Assembly: GCA_016208225.1 (NCBI GenBank)
Contig: JACQYM010000061.1
Span: 1-52,998, forward strand
DNA from: Deltaproteobacteria bacterium
GTDB lineage: Bacteria; Desulfobacterota; Desulfobulbia; Desulfobulbales; SURF-16
DNA: 52,998 nucleotides
Direction of reading: 5' to 3'
The stretch's first letter is position 1; each line of letters starts with the position of its first letter. The position numbers were made by a program, and so were the translations under genes. Below, piece after piece: positions 25,065 through 35,281 of the stretch. A model generated the notes under the pieces. It had not been told where the DNA came from. It saw only the letters and a program-made list of their open reading frames with translations, and did not search any database.

Positions 25065-25526
25065 TCAGCGCCGCAGCTTCTCCATAAATACGAGGTCAAC
25101 CTGCGGCGATAATCGCTCGGTGCGAAATATTCGATAGCCAAGCCTCTCGTAGAGGCGGATATTTCCTGCGCTCCTGCTGCCGGTGAACAGTTCAAATCGT
25201 TGCACGGCCGGAAACCGCGCCTCGACAGCCGCCATCAATTGCGTGCCGGTTCCCTTGCAGCGAAAGTCCGGGTGCACGATCAGCCGGCCGATTTTGCAGG
25301 TACCGTGATGATCTGATGCCCTGACGGAGCCGATGATTTTCCCCGCGTCGCACACCTTGAGAAAGATTGTCGCGTGGAATTCTTTTTTGATTTCATTGAG
25401 GGTTTGGGTCAAGGGCGGGAGGGTCCAGTCGGAATAGATGACAGCCTCGCTTTGATATGCCAGTTTCTGCAGTTCCAGTATCTCTGCAGCATCAATTATA
25501 TCTGCCCGCAATACCTGGTTCATCAT
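25065..25526 (-). CDS. GNAT family N-acetyltransferase
   Basis: IGRLIVHPDFRCKGTGTQLMAAVE...LFTGSRSAGNIRLYERLGY (acetyl-CoA binding motif A). Start taken at ATG 25526; the ORF-track start at 25556 is TTG and lies inside the terminator hairpin. Confidence 0.8.
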   Translation of the reverse strand: MMNQVLRADIIDAAEILELQKLAYQSEAVIYSDWTLPPLTQTLNEIKKEFHATIFLKVCDAGKIIGSVRASDHHGTCKIGRLIVHPDFRCKGTGTQLMAAVEARFPAVQRFELFTGSRSAGNIRLYERLGYRIFRTERLSPQVDLVFMEKLRR

Positions 25527-25553
25527 TTTTTTCGGATCGGATGGATCATACAA

Positions 25554-25585
25554 CAAAAAAAGCCCTGATTATTCAGGGCCTTTTT
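25554..25585 (-). terminator. Rho-independent terminator after the tRNA-Ser pair
   Basis: GCCCTGA (25562-25568), loop TTAT, TCAGGGC (25573-25579). On the minus strand the stem is followed by a run of 7 U. Confidence 0.7.
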
Positions 25586-25615
25586 AATAGTTCCGGGCAT
25601 GCCGGACTATGGAAC

Positions 25616-25708
25616 TGGCGGAGAGAGAGGGATTCGAACCCTCGGTAGAGCTTTTGGCCCTACACTCGCTTAGCAGGCGAGCACCATCGGCCTCTCGGTC
25701 ATCTCTCC
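25616..25708 (-). tRNA. tRNA-Ser (anticodon GCU)
   Basis: The reverse complement reads GGAGAGATGACCGAG...CTCGC-CTGCTAA-GCGAG...long variable arm...GGTTCGAATCCCTCTCTCTCCGCCA. The acceptor stem pairs, and CCA is encoded. Confidence 0.9.
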
Positions 25709-25725
25709 GGAATCAGCAATAGAAA

Positions 25726-25813
25726 TGGCGGAGGAAGTAGGATTCGAACCCACGGAACTTTCGTTCAACGGTTTTCAAGACCGCCGCCTTCAACCACTCG
25801 GCCATTCCTCCGC
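25726..25813 (-). tRNA. tRNA-Ser (anticodon UGA)
   Basis: The reverse complement reads GCGGAGGAATGGCCGAGTGGTTGAAGGCGGCGGT-CTTGAAA-ACCGT...GGGTTCGAATCCTACTTCCTCCGCCA. Long variable arm; CCA is encoded. Confidence 0.9.
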
Positions 25814-26120
25814 TTTTATGTGCGCGTTATTTACCATTTCGAAATTTTCATGTCAATGTTAGATCTTCTTTCCCTGACAGAGAAGAGAATTTTTATTCCC
25901 GGATATTAAGCCGTTGTAAAAAAATTACATGGCCAGCGAAATGTACGGAACGGCATAAAGAGCCGTAACGAGATTGAAAAATGGCCATGTTGTTTCGTAA
26001 CGGCTCCTAAATGATAAATCATTTGCCACATGGCGGAGAGCACGCGCCGGAAAAAAACCGGTGTGCGCCGCGTGCTCCGCGGTCAGTCATTGCCGGGCGG
26101 CGGGAGAAGGCGTGCGATTT

Positions 26121-27485
26121 TCACAGATCAGCGATGGCAGCCAGGGCGTCGGTCAGTTTTTCCACGGCAAAGAGGGTCATGCCGGAAAATTTTTCCTGCG
26201 GGGCGTTTGCCTTGGGAATAATGGCGCGTCGGAAGCCGTGCTTGGCGGCCTCCTTGAGGCGCTCCTGACCGTTCGGCACCGGCCTGATCTCGCCGGCCAG
26301 GCCGATTTCGCCGAAAATAATCAGATCGGTCGGCAGCGGCCGGTCCCGCAGGCTTGAGGTGATGGCCAGGAGGATGGCCAGGTCCGCGCCGGTTTCATTC
26401 ACCTTGACGCCCCCCACCACATTGACAAAGACATCCTGATTATAGGTGACAATGTCGCCGTGCCGATGCAGCACGGCAAGGAGCATGACGAGTCTGTTCT
26501 GTTCAATGCCCACGGTGACCCGGCGCGGGTTTTCCGCATGGCTCTCATCCACCAGGGCCTGCACCTCTACCAGCAGGGGGCGGCTGCCCTCCCAGATCAC
26601 CATGACTGCACTGCCCGGCATGGGCTGGGACGGGCGGCTCAGAAAAATTGCCGAAGGGTTGCTGATCTCTTTCAGGCCGCTTTCCGTCATGGCAAAGACG
26701 CCCAGCTCGTTTACCGCGCCATATCTGTTTTTCACGGCCCGCATGACGCGGTACCTGCTGTCGCTGTTGCCTTCGAAATAGCAGACCACGTCGATGATAT
26801 GTTCGAGCACCCTGGGGCCGGCCAGATCGCCTGATTTGGTGACATGGCCGACCAGGAAGACGGCCAGGTCGCTCTGTTTGGCAAAATGGGTAAGCGCTGC
26901 CGCTGATTCCCGCACCTGGGAAACACTGCCCGGCGCCGAGCCGACGGCTGCCGTGTGCATGGTCTGGATTGAATCGATGACCATGATCTGCGGTTGCTCC
27001 CGCGTCGCGGTGATGCAGATATTTTCCACCGAAGTTTCCGCCATGAGCAGCAGATGCTGATTCGGCAGACGCAGTCTTTGGGCGCGCATGGCAATCTGCT
27101 GCGGTGATTCTTCGCCTGTGACATAGAGCACCTTTGTATCTTCGCTGAGCCGGCAGCAGACCTGCAGCAGGAAGGTGCTTTTGCCCACCCCGGGATCGCC
27201 GCCGATGAGCACAACCGAACCGCGCACCAGGCCGCCGCCCAGGACCCGGTCAAATTCCGAGATGCCGGTATTGATGCGGGGCAGGCTGGTGAGCGCCACC
27301 TGGGAAATCGGCTGCACAGGGGAGAGTTCTCCGCTGTAGCCGCTGAAGGGGTTGGGGGCCGGAGCCGGACGATGTTCCTTGATGGTGTCCCATTCACGGC
27401 ATTCGGGGCATTGGCCGAGCCATTTGCTGAAGGTGGCGCCGCAACTGTCACAGGCAAAGATTATTTTGGCTTTGCCTTCTTTCAT
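26121..27485 (-). CDS. radA: DNA repair protein RadA/Sms
   Basis: Zinc finger FACDSCGATFSKWLGQCPECREW, Walker A GDPGVGKSTFLLQ, KNRYGAVNE motif, Lon-like C-terminal domain. Confidence 0.95.
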   Translation of the reverse strand: MKEGKAKIIFACDSCGATFSKWLGQCPECREWDTIKEHRPAPAPNPFSGYSGELSPVQPISQVALTSLPRINTGISEFDRVLGGGLVRGSVVLIGGDPGVGKSTFLLQVCCRLSEDTKVLYVTGEESPQQIAMRAQRLRLPNQHLLLMAETSVENICITATREQPQIMVIDSIQTMHTAAVGSAPGSVSQVRESAAALTHFAKQSDLAVFLVGHVTKSGDLAGPRVLEHIIDVVCYFEGNSDSRYRVMRAVKNRYGAVNELGVFAMTESGLKEISNPSAIFLSRPSQPMPGSAVMVIWEGSRPLLVEVQALVDESHAENPRRVTVGIEQNRLVMLLAVLHRHGDIVTYNQDVFVNVVGGVKVNETGADLAILLAITSSLRDRPLPTDLIIFGEIGLAGEIRPVPNGQERLKEAAKHGFRRAIIPKANAPQEKFSGMTLFAVEKLTDALAAIADL

Positions 27486-27751
27486 TTAACTTTCTTAAGT
27501 TCTTTTTCGATTTCACGCAATTTTTTTTTGTAATATCGGAGGCATCTCTTGACGTAGAGGCTGCGTTGCCAGCCGGATTCAAGGCTGCCCCGTTCAATCG
27601 GCGCATCCTTGCAGGCGAGGAGGTGCAGGGCGGGCGAGAGATTCCTGTTGCTCAGACAGGCAATCTTGCTTTCATAATAGAGCTTGTAGGTCTGAATGCG
27701 GGCCAGCAGACGGCTCTTTTCTGATTTTTGCTGTACTGTTGGTTCGGTCAT
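27482..27751 (-). CDS. Hypothetical basic coiled-coil protein, translationally coupled to radA
   Basis: 89 aa counted from ATG 27751. Its TGA overlaps the radA ATG (ATGA at 27482-27485). No recognisable motif. Confidence 0.45.
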   Translation of the reverse strand: MTEPTVQQKSEKSRLLARIQTYKLYYESKIACLSNRNLSPALHLLACKDAPIERGSLESGWQRSLYVKRCLRYYKKKLREIEKELKKVK

Positions 27752-28033
27752 ATATTCTCTCTGTTTTACCTTATCATAAAATATGCAAAAAAAAAGCCAG
27801 CGGAGGGTAGTTTTTTTTGAGCGACCACGGCCTTTTCGGAAAAATGGACAAAGGGTGGCTTCCCACCACACTGCGCCCCCTGACCCTCCCCGCCTTGGCA
27901 GTGGGCTTGGTCCTGCTGGGCTGCGCGGCCCACTTCCCCCAGAGCACGGCGGGCAGCCTGCCCTTCAGCGGCCGCGCGGACAGCCTGTTCCTCTCCCCCT
28001 TGGCTAAATTGCGCCCCTGTTGGAACATGAACG

Positions 28034-28651
28034 CTACTGGCCGCTTATCATGCGCTCGGCAAGGGCGATGATCGGCATGAGCACCTTCTGGAGGAAACCG
28101 GTATAAAAGAGCGCCAGCAGAATCAGGAAGCCGAAAGGTTCGAGTCTGGCAAAAGCCGCGGCCTGGCGGGGCGGCAGGATACCCATCAGCACTTTGCTGC
28201 CGTCCAGCGGCGGAATCGGCAGCAGGTTGAAAACCGCAAGCACGATATTGATCCAGATGCTGGCCATCACCATCTGCAGCAGGGGAAAGAGAACGGCCTG
28301 GGGAATCACGGCCGCCAAAAAAACAAGGATCTGGGCAAGCAGGCTGCTGGCGATCGCCGTCAGCAAATTGGCCGCCGGTCCGGCCAGCGCCACCCATATC
28401 ATGTCTTTCAAGGGATTTTTGAAATAGCTGGCATTGACCGGCACCGGTTTGGCCCAGCCTATTTTCATGATGATAAAGGCCAGCACGCCCAGCGGGTCCA
28501 GGTGTTTCAGCGGGTTTAAGGTCAGGCGGCCCAGGTTGCTGGCAGTCGGGTCGCCCAGCCGGTAGGCGACCACGCCATGGCTGTACTCATGGATGGTGAG
28601 GGCGAACAGAAAGGGCGGCGCCAGGATGATGATCTGCTGGATGATGTTCAT
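28034..28651 (-). CDS. Site-2 protease family (M50) zinc metalloprotease
   Basis: HEYSHGVVAYRLGDPTA (HExxH), NPLKHLDPLG, and a polytopic membrane profile. Confidence 0.85.
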   Translation of the reverse strand: MNIIQQIIILAPPFLFALTIHEYSHGVVAYRLGDPTASNLGRLTLNPLKHLDPLGVLAFIIMKIGWAKPVPVNASYFKNPLKDMIWVALAGPAANLLTAIASSLLAQILVFLAAVIPQAVLFPLLQMVMASIWINIVLAVFNLLPIPPLDGSKVLMGILPPRQAAAFARLEPFGFLILLALFYTGFLQKVLMPIIALAERMISGQ

Positions 28652-31296
28652 GGTCTATTCTTTTTGTCCCCGGCAAGCAGCGGGTACTCTTTTTCAAGAA
28701 GTTTGATTTCGTCCTCCCGGGTGCGCAGATCCCCGTCCAGTTTTTTTTCCAGCAGATGATTCAGCATGGTTTGGAATATGGGGCCGGTGCGGTAGCCCAT
28801 CTTGATCAAATCTTCCCCGCGCAGGCGGGTTTTCACATGACGCAGCCGGGTGACATAGAGGGAGACAGCCTGCTTGCCCGCTTTGTTCCGGCAAAGCGCC
28901 ATGGCAAAAAGCAGCCCTTCATGGCTCAGTCCCTTCAGCAGCCAGTAGATCTCGCTGGGGCAGAGGTGGGCCCGCCTTTCCAGGACGCGGACAATCCGTT
29001 TTGTCTCGACCTTTTCCTTGATTAACAGATGCGTGTATCTTTCCGGCGCCTCGAATTTCCGGCAGAAGGCGAGCAGCGCCCTGGTCTGGATGCGCGCCGT
29101 CAGGGCCAGCAGATAAACAATCCATGGCTGGCAGCTTTCGGCGAGATAGAGCAGTTTGTGCCAGGAGACGGCCCGCTGCGCCTCCTCCAGTATTTCGGCC
29201 AGCGGCGGGTCGAGAATCAGGGAATGATGCAGGAATTTCAACAGGTCGAACTGGGCCATGCGCTGGATGGCCGGCAGCGGATTCGGTTCGGAAAGGATCA
29301 GTTTGATCTCCTGGAAATAGCGGCGACCGAATTGCTGATCAAACATGTTCATCTTCACCGCATTCTTCAGCTGTTTTTCCGTCAGTTTGCCCAGCGCGAA
29401 ACCCATGCGCTGTTCCAGACGGATGGCCCGGAAAATACGGGTCGGATCCTCCACAAAGCTCAAATTGTGCAGGATGCGGATTTTCCTGTCCTTTAAATCG
29501 TTCTGGCAGTTGAAGAAATCGACCAGGATGCCGAACTTTTCCGGATTGAGGTGAACGGCCATGGCGTTGATGGTGAAGTCGCGCCGGAAAAGATCGAGCT
29601 TGATGGAGCTCAACTCCACCGTGGGCATGGCGGCCGGGTATTCATAGTACTCGAGGCGGGCCGTGGCGATATCGACCTTGAAGCCGCTGGGCATCTTCAC
29701 CACGGCGGTGTTGAATTTGACGTGGGTGCGGATGGTCCCCCCCACCGCCTCGGCCAGTTGTTTGGCAAAGGTGATGCCGTCCCCTTCGACCACAACATCC
29801 AGATCATAATTTTCAATGTGCAGCATCAGGTCGCGGACAAAGCCGCCCACGGCATAGGCGGTGAAATGGTTGTGGTGGGCCACCTCGCCGATGGTCTGCA
29901 GCAGGATGAGCATATCCCGGTTGAGGGATTGGGTGAGCAGATTGGTCAGGTTGCGGTTGCGCTCCCCGGAAGGCTCGCTCTGGGTGGTGTTCAGGCTGGG
30001 CAGGTAGGCCGGGTCATTGACCAGCAGGTTGAACAGGTCCGTTCTGGTAATGACCCCATCCAGGCGGCCGTTTTCCACGATGGGGATAAAGCGCTGCCGG
30101 TGCTCGATGATCAGTTCCTGGATATCGGCCAGGGTGGCGGAAGGCGGCAGGGTGGCGAATTCCGTGGTCATGAATTCGGTGACCGGCAGATGGCCGAGAT
30201 TATGGAAAATCGCCTTGCTGGCATCCCGCCGGGAAAAGAGACCGAGAATGGCGTTGTCCTTCAGGACCGGCAGCATGGTGATGCCGTAGCGGATCAGGAT
30301 GTCGTTGGCCTCCATGATGGTCAGTTCCGGGCCGACGGAAATAATCGGCGAGGACATCAGTTCCCAGGCCTTGCTTTCCGGGCGCACGTGTTTGTGCAGC
30401 AAGCGGATCAGCTTTTCTTCCGCCTCGATCAGGGTCATGTCGTTGATGGTGGCCGCCGCCGCCGAGGCATGGCCGCCCCCATTGAATTCCATGGCGATCA
30501 TGCCGACATTGACCTCCGGGATGCGGCTCCTGGCAATGAGGTAAATCCGTTCCCCCATGCTGGCCAGGGCAAAGATGACATTGAGGTTTTCCATGCTCAT
30601 GAACTGGCGGACAATGAGGGAAAATTCGTCAATGTAATGGCTGGTGGTGATGCGGGTCACGGTGATCGGAATGGACTGGATGGTGTAGGTGGTGGCGGAT
30701 TTGATCAGTTCGTTGAGCAGGGTGATATCGTTGCTGGTCAGCTCGTGGGTGATGTACTGGGTAACGGTGGACAGTTGCGCCCCGCGCTCCATCAACCAGG
30801 CCATGGCCCGCAGGTCGGCGGCGGCGGTGGTGCTGAAGGTGAACGAGCCGGTATCTTCATGTTCCGCCATGGCCAGCAGGGTCGCCTCCTCCCGGCTGAT
30901 GTCGATGTGCCGCTCCTGAAAGATCTCGATGAAGACCGTGGCGGTGGAGCCGACCGGCCGCACCACTTCAACGTCGCCCTTCATGTCGCCGGGGGCGTCG
31001 GGGTGGTGATCGTAGAGGTGAACCTCAATGCCGGGATTGTTGAGGCATTTTGCGAAGTTGCCGATACGCGCCACCTGCCTGGTGTCCACGACGATCAGTT
31101 TTGTTACTTTTTCCAGCTCAATATTCTTGATGCGCTGGAAATCGTAAATCATCACGGACTGGACAAAAAAGCGGCGCAGATTTTTTTCCTGGGAACCGGA
31201 AAAAACCAGCACGGCCTCGGGGTAGAGCTTTTTGGCGGCAACCATGGAGGCCATGCTGTCAAAGTCGGCGTTTAGATGCGTGGTAATGACTTCCAT
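28648..31296 (-). CDS. DHH-DHHA1 / CBS-pair / poly(A) polymerase-type tRNA nucleotidyltransferase fusion protein
   Basis: The N-terminus HLNADFDSMASMVAA plus LYDHHPD gives the DHH domain. A CBS pair sits in the middle. AYAVGGFVRDLML...DLDVVVEG...RDFTINAM is the nucleotidyltransferase head. 4-nt overlap with the downstream M50 gene. Confidence 0.85.
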   Translation of the reverse strand: MEVITTHLNADFDSMASMVAAKKLYPEAVLVFSGSQEKNLRRFFVQSVMIYDFQRIKNIELEKVTKLIVVDTRQVARIGNFAKCLNNPGIEVHLYDHHPDAPGDMKGDVEVVRPVGSTATVFIEIFQERHIDISREEATLLAMAEHEDTGSFTFSTTAAADLRAMAWLMERGAQLSTVTQYITHELTSNDITLLNELIKSATTYTIQSIPITVTRITTSHYIDEFSLIVRQFMSMENLNVIFALASMGERIYLIARSRIPEVNVGMIAMEFNGGGHASAAAATINDMTLIEAEEKLIRLLHKHVRPESKAWELMSSPIISVGPELTIMEANDILIRYGITMLPVLKDNAILGLFSRRDASKAIFHNLGHLPVTEFMTTEFATLPPSATLADIQELIIEHRQRFIPIVENGRLDGVITRTDLFNLLVNDPAYLPSLNTTQSEPSGERNRNLTNLLTQSLNRDMLILLQTIGEVAHHNHFTAYAVGGFVRDLMLHIENYDLDVVVEGDGITFAKQLAEAVGGTIRTHVKFNTAVVKMPSGFKVDIATARLEYYEYPAAMPTVELSSIKLDLFRRDFTINAMAVHLNPEKFGILVDFFNCQNDLKDRKIRILHNLSFVEDPTRIFRAIRLEQRMGFALGKLTEKQLKNAVKMNMFDQQFGRRYFQEIKLILSEPNPLPAIQRMAQFDLLKFLHHSLILDPPLAEILEEAQRAVSWHKLLYLAESCQPWIVYLLALTARIQTRALLAFCRKFEAPERYTHLLIKEKVETKRIVRVLERRAHLCPSEIYWLLKGLSHEGLLFAMALCRNKAGKQAVSLYVTRLRHVKTRLRGEDLIKMGYRTGPIFQTMLNHLLEKKLDGDLRTREDEIKLLEKEYPLLAGDKKNRP

Positions 31297-31371
31297 CAGT
31301 AGTTACGCTCCCATGCAGTCATCATGAATGAAGGGGTGCGGAAAGTAAAGAGCCATGTGGTTGAGCGGCCT

Positions 31372-32358
31372 TCATTCCTTTCTGGTGCTGCGGGGGTGGA
31401 ATTTGCGGTGTACGGCCTGCAGGCGGCCGGTGTCCACATGGGTGTAGATCTGGGTGGTGGCGATGTCGGCGTGGCCCAGCATGAGCTGCACGGATCTGAG
31501 GTCGGCGCCCTGGGCCAGCAGGTGGGTGGCAAAGGAGTGGCGCAGCATGTGGGGGCTGATTTTTTTGGCAATGCCGGCGGCGTAGGCCGTTTCCTGGATA
31601 ATCTGCCAGAAGCGGAGCCTGGTCATGGCTGTGCCCCGGCTGGTGACAAACATGGCCCTGCTTTTTTTCGCCTTGAGCAGCCGGCCCCTGCTGTGCTGCA
31701 GATAGAGGAGCAGTTTGTCCTTGGCTTCCTCGCCAAAGGGGACAAGCCGTTCCTTGGTTCCCTTGCCGAGCACCCGGACAAAGCCGGCGTTCAGGTTGAG
31801 GGCCGCCAGCGGCAGGGTGACCAGTTCGGAGACGCGCATGCCGGTCGCGTACAGCAGATGCAGCATGGCGGTGTTGCGCAGGGTGAGATCCGTTTTTTCT
31901 CCCGGGCCGGCCAGGAGCATGTCCACCTCGGCGACCGAGAGGTCAGTGGGCAGGGAGCGGCCGCTTTTAGGGATGTCGAGGATGCAGGTCGGGTCCTGGC
32001 CGATGATTTTTTCGGCCAGCAGGAAACGGAAAAAGCTTCTGAGGCAGGAAAGACGCCGGGCGTTGCTGCGGTTGGCGATGCCGTTTTTTTTACAGGCGGC
32101 AAAAAAGTCGCGGATATGGTCCGGGCCCGTATGTGGCAGGGAGATCTTTATTCTGGCCAGAAAGGAAAGAAAGGCGCCGAGATCCGCCTGGTAGGAGCGA
32201 ATCGTGTTGTCTGAAAGTCTTTTTTCCGCGGCGAGATAATGGAGAAACAGATCCTGGCAATGAAGCATTTCCGCTGGAAGACTCATGCCAGGAACCCTGT
32301 TCCGGTATCGGTGCGCAGTGCTTGAATGAGGCTGAATGTTTCCCCGTTTGTTTGTCAT
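31372..32358 (-). CDS. xerD: Tyrosine site-specific recombinase XerD (XerC not excluded); start may be ATG 32286
   Basis: [23 protein letters not shown]...; catalytic region [39 protein letters not shown]. Confidence 0.8.
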   Translation of the reverse strand: MTNKRGNIQPHSSTAHRYRNRVPGMSLPAEMLHCQDLFLHYLAAEKRLSDNTIRSYQADLGAFLSFLARIKISLPHTGPDHIRDFFAACKKNGIANRSNARRLSCLRSFFRFLLAEKIIGQDPTCILDIPKSGRSLPTDLSVAEVDMLLAGPGEKTDLTLRNTAMLHLLYATGMRVSELVTLPLAALNLNAGFVRVLGKGTKERLVPFGEEAKDKLLLYLQHSRGRLLKAKKSRAMFVTSRGTAMTRLRFWQIIQETAYAAGIAKKISPHMLRHSFATHLLAQGADLRSVQLMLGHADIATTQIYTHVDTGRLQAVHRKFHPRSTRKE

Positions 32359-32374
32359 CCGAGGAATGCGGGCA

Positions 32375-32572
32375 TTACGCTTCCCGCTCTATACGGTACA
32401 TGACCTTGCGGAGTTTGCGTTTTGCTTCCGCTTGTTTACGCCGTTTTCTCACGCTCGGTTTCTCGTAATGTTCGCGTCGTTTCAGCTCTTTTTTGATGCC
32501 GTCAAGCTGCAGTTTTTTCTTGAGCTGACGAATGGCGTATTCGATGTCTCCTCGTACCTCAACCTCGATCAT
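32375..32572 (-). CDS. rpsU: 30S ribosomal protein S21
   Basis: 65 aa: [46 protein letters not shown]. Confidence 0.95.
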   Translation of the reverse strand: MIEVEVRGDIEYAIRQLKKKLQLDGIKKELKRREHYEKPSVRKRRKQAEAKRKLRKVMYRIEREA

Positions 32573-32677
32573 GGTAACTCCGAAAAATTAAGTAAGTTAA
32601 TTTGTGCAACCCGGTGGAAAAGGTTTAATTTTTAAATTCCGAAAACATAACTCTATAATCTACCGGCCGCGGCTTTG

Positions 32678-34072
32678 TCAATTATTTTTTGGACAACCCG
32701 GCCCGGGAAAAATCTTTCCAGGGTTGAGAATGTTGTTCGGGTCAAAGAATTTTTTTATGCCCTGCATGACGGCAAGGCTGGCCGGGTCAAGCTCCAGGGG
32801 GAGGAAGCAGGCCTTGGTGATGCCGATGCCGTGTTCGCCCGACAGCGTGCCGCCGAGCCTGATCACCTCTTTGAATAAGGCGCCGGCGGCGGTTTCGGCG
32901 CCGGCCGCCTCCTGCGGATTGCTTTTATCCAGCATGATGTTGACGTGGATGTTGCCGTCGCCCGCGTGGCCAAAGGTGAAAATAGTCAGCCCGTGGCGGG
33001 CCGCCAGCTCTTCCACGAAGAGGACCAGCTCCGGAATCCTGCTGCGGGGCACCACCACATCTTCACTGACCTTGTGCGGTTTCAGGGTAAAGGCGGCCGG
33101 GGAGACGGCGCGGCGGGCCGCCCACAGCGCCTCGGTTTCCGCGGCACTCTCGGCCCGCATGATGGCGGGCAGTTCTTTTTCGGCAAGAAATTCATGAAGC
33201 GCGGCAGCCTGGATGGCCACCGCGCCGGCATCGCCATCCACCTCGAGCAGCAGCAGGGCCTGGCTGTCCGGGGCCAGGGCAAAGGGCAGCCTGTCCCTGA
33301 CGATATGCAGGGCGGTGCGGTCCAGGTATTCAAGGGTGCAGGGCCGGTGGGCGGCCAGGATTTCCGTGACCAGCGAGGTCGCCTGCCGGATGTCCCGGCA
33401 CTGGACCAGAAATGATTTTCTGGCGGCTGGATAGGGGATGAGTCTGACCGTTATTTTCGTGATAATGCCCAGGGTCCCCTCCGAGCCGGTGAAGAGGCGG
33501 GTGAGGTCATAACCCACCACGCCTTTGGCGGTTCTAACCCCGGTCCGGATCACGGTACCGTCCGGCAGGACCACCTCGAGTCCGAGCACATAATCGCGGG
33601 TCACCCCGTATTTGACCGCACTCGGGCCCCCGGCGCATTCCGCCACATTGCCTCCCATGGTGCAGAATTTCAGACTGGCGGGATCAGGGGGATAAAAGAG
33701 ACCACGGCATTTGACCGCATCCCGCAGATGGCCGGTAATCACCCCCGGTTCCACCACCGCCAGCTGGTTTTTTTCGTCAATTTCCAGGATGCGGTTGAGC
33801 CGGCTCAAGGCCAGAACCAGTCCGCCGGCCACGGGGAGGGAGCCGCCGGTCATGCCGCTGCCCGCCCCTCTCGGCACCACGGGAAACGGCGCGGCATTGG
33901 CCAGCCGCATGATGGCGCTTATCTCCGCCGTGTCGGCGGGAAAGGCTACCGCGTCGGGCGGGTATTCCCTGCCCGTGCCGTCATAGGAGTAACAGAGCAG
34001 CTCTTCCGGCGTTGTGGTCAGCTGGTTCTTGCCGACAATGCGCTGCAGTTTGCTGATAATTTCGCGTTTCAT
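32678..34072 (-). CDS. FAD-binding oxidoreductase, GlcD / D-lactate dehydrogenase family
   Basis: PVVPRGAGSGMTGGSLP (FAD-binding PCMH) and a C-terminal GGTLSGEHGIG motif. Start at ATG 34072 (MKREIISKLQ). Confidence 0.85.
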   Translation of the reverse strand: MKREIISKLQRIVGKNQLTTTPEELLCYSYDGTGREYPPDAVAFPADTAEISAIMRLANAAPFPVVPRGAGSGMTGGSLPVAGGLVLALSRLNRILEIDEKNQLAVVEPGVITGHLRDAVKCRGLFYPPDPASLKFCTMGGNVAECAGGPSAVKYGVTRDYVLGLEVVLPDGTVIRTGVRTAKGVVGYDLTRLFTGSEGTLGIITKITVRLIPYPAARKSFLVQCRDIRQATSLVTEILAAHRPCTLEYLDRTALHIVRDRLPFALAPDSQALLLLEVDGDAGAVAIQAAALHEFLAEKELPAIMRAESAAETEALWAARRAVSPAAFTLKPHKVSEDVVVPRSRIPELVLFVEELAARHGLTIFTFGHAGDGNIHVNIMLDKSNPQEAAGAETAAGALFKEVIRLGGTLSGEHGIGITKACFLPLELDPASLAVMQGIKKFFDPNNILNPGKIFPGPGCPKNN

Positions 34073-34145
34073 AGCCTTGCTAATGTAAAGGGGAAAATGT
34101 AATATGCAAGCCCAATCGGAATGATCATCAACAAAAGGGGACGAT

Positions 34146-35084
34146 ATGAATAAAAAATTACGCCTTGCCCTGCTGGCCGGCGGCAAATCAGGCGAACGCG
34201 AGGTGTCGCTGGCCGGGGCCCGGGGGGTGCTGGCGGCCCTTGACAAGGAAAAATATGAGGTGCGGCAGTATGATCCGGCGGTTGACCTGGCCAGGCTGGC
34301 GCAGGATGCGGCGGAGCTTGATGTGGCCTTTATCCTGCTGCACGGGCCGCTGGGCGAAGATGGTTCCGTGCAGGGATTTCTTGATCTGCTCGGCCTGCCC
34401 TACCAGGGTTCAGGGGTGCTGGGCAGCGCCATGGCCATGAATAAGAACATGGCCAAAATTCTCTACCGCCAGGCCGGTTTGCGTGTTGCCGAATGGCGGA
34501 TGGCCTCGCCGCAGGACATGATTGATCCGGCAAGCCTGGCCGCCGGGCTGCGCTTCCCCGTGGTCGTGAAGCCGGTGGCCCAGGGATCGAGTCTGGGCAT
34601 GAGCATTGTCCGTGACGGCGACGGTCTTGCCGCCGGCCTCAGGCAGGCATTTGGGTATGATAAGGAAGTGATGGTGGAGGAGTTTATCCGCGGCCGCGAG
34701 ATCACGGGCGGCGTCCTCGGCAATGACAGCCTGCAGGCCCTGCCCCTGGTTGAGATTATTCCGAATAAGGAGTACGCCTTTTTTGATTATGAGGCCAAGT
34801 ATAAGGCCGGCGCAAGCCGCGAAATCTGTCCGGCTGACTTTTCGGCCGAGATAACCGGCAAGGCCCAGGACTACGCGGTGCGCGCCCATCGCGCCCTGCG
34901 CTTACGGGGTTACAGCCGCACGGATATGATCGTGTCGGAACAGGGGGAGGTTTTTGTTATTGAAACCAATACGATCCCCGGCATGACCCCCACCAGTCTT
35001 CTGCCCCAGGCGGCGCTTGCCGCCGGCTTCAGCTTCCCGCAGCTCCTTGATTTGCTGATCGGGCTGGCCCTGGCCCAAAGATAA
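34146..35084 (+). CDS. ddl: D-alanine--D-alanine ligase
   Basis: LAGGKSGEREVSLAGARGV, LHGPLGEDGSVQGFLDLLGLPYQGSG, PVVVKP...GSSLGMS, NTIPGMTPTSLLP. Confidence 0.95.
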   Translation: MNKKLRLALLAGGKSGEREVSLAGARGVLAALDKEKYEVRQYDPAVDLARLAQDAAELDVAFILLHGPLGEDGSVQGFLDLLGLPYQGSGVLGSAMAMNKNMAKILYRQAGLRVAEWRMASPQDMIDPASLAAGLRFPVVVKPVAQGSSLGMSIVRDGDGLAAGLRQAFGYDKEVMVEEFIRGREITGGVLGNDSLQALPLVEIIPNKEYAFFDYEAKYKAGASREICPADFSAEITGKAQDYAVRAHRALRLRGYSRTDMIVSEQGEVFVIETNTIPGMTPTSLLPQAALAAGFSFPQLLDLLIGLALAQR

Positions 35085-35086
35085 TA

Positions 35087-35281
35087 TTACTGCACCGCCC
35101 TGAGGGACTTGCCGTCAATGCGTGAAGGTTTGATGGTGTAGCCGGTGACCAGCATGCCCAGGGGGGTGCAGACATAATGCCATTCTATCACTTCGCCGGG
35201 GTAAAGCCATACCCCTTTCGATGAGGTTCCTTCCACCTCCGGACTTCTGACCCATATCGGGTCCTTCTCGCGCGTAAACAT
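35087..35281 (-). CDS. Hypothetical small protein (weak call)
   Basis: 64 aa ORF convergent with ddl. No motif and a weak RBS. Confidence 0.3.
   Translation of the reverse strand: MFTREKDPIWVRSPEVEGTSSKGVWLYPGEVIEWHYVCTPLGMLVTGYTIKPSRIDGKSLRAVQ

Noticed and set aside
27752-28033. Known structured RNA (SRP/4.5S, 6S, RNase P, tmRNA) in the GC-rich spacer upstream of the radA-coupled ORF
   Set aside because: No match to the conserved cores as I remember them: the SRP GGAA/AGCA symmetric loop, the RNase P GAGGAAAGUCC motif, or the tmRNA acceptor end. The 5' and 3' ends do not pair as required for 6S RNA.
27817-28071. 84-aa + strand ORF with lipoprotein-like signal (LTLPALAVGLVLLGC)
   Set aside because: No Shine-Dalgarno. 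It overlaps the 3' end of the M50 protease gene, and the C-terminal half is low-complexity. Retained only as an alternative explanation inside the spacer finding.
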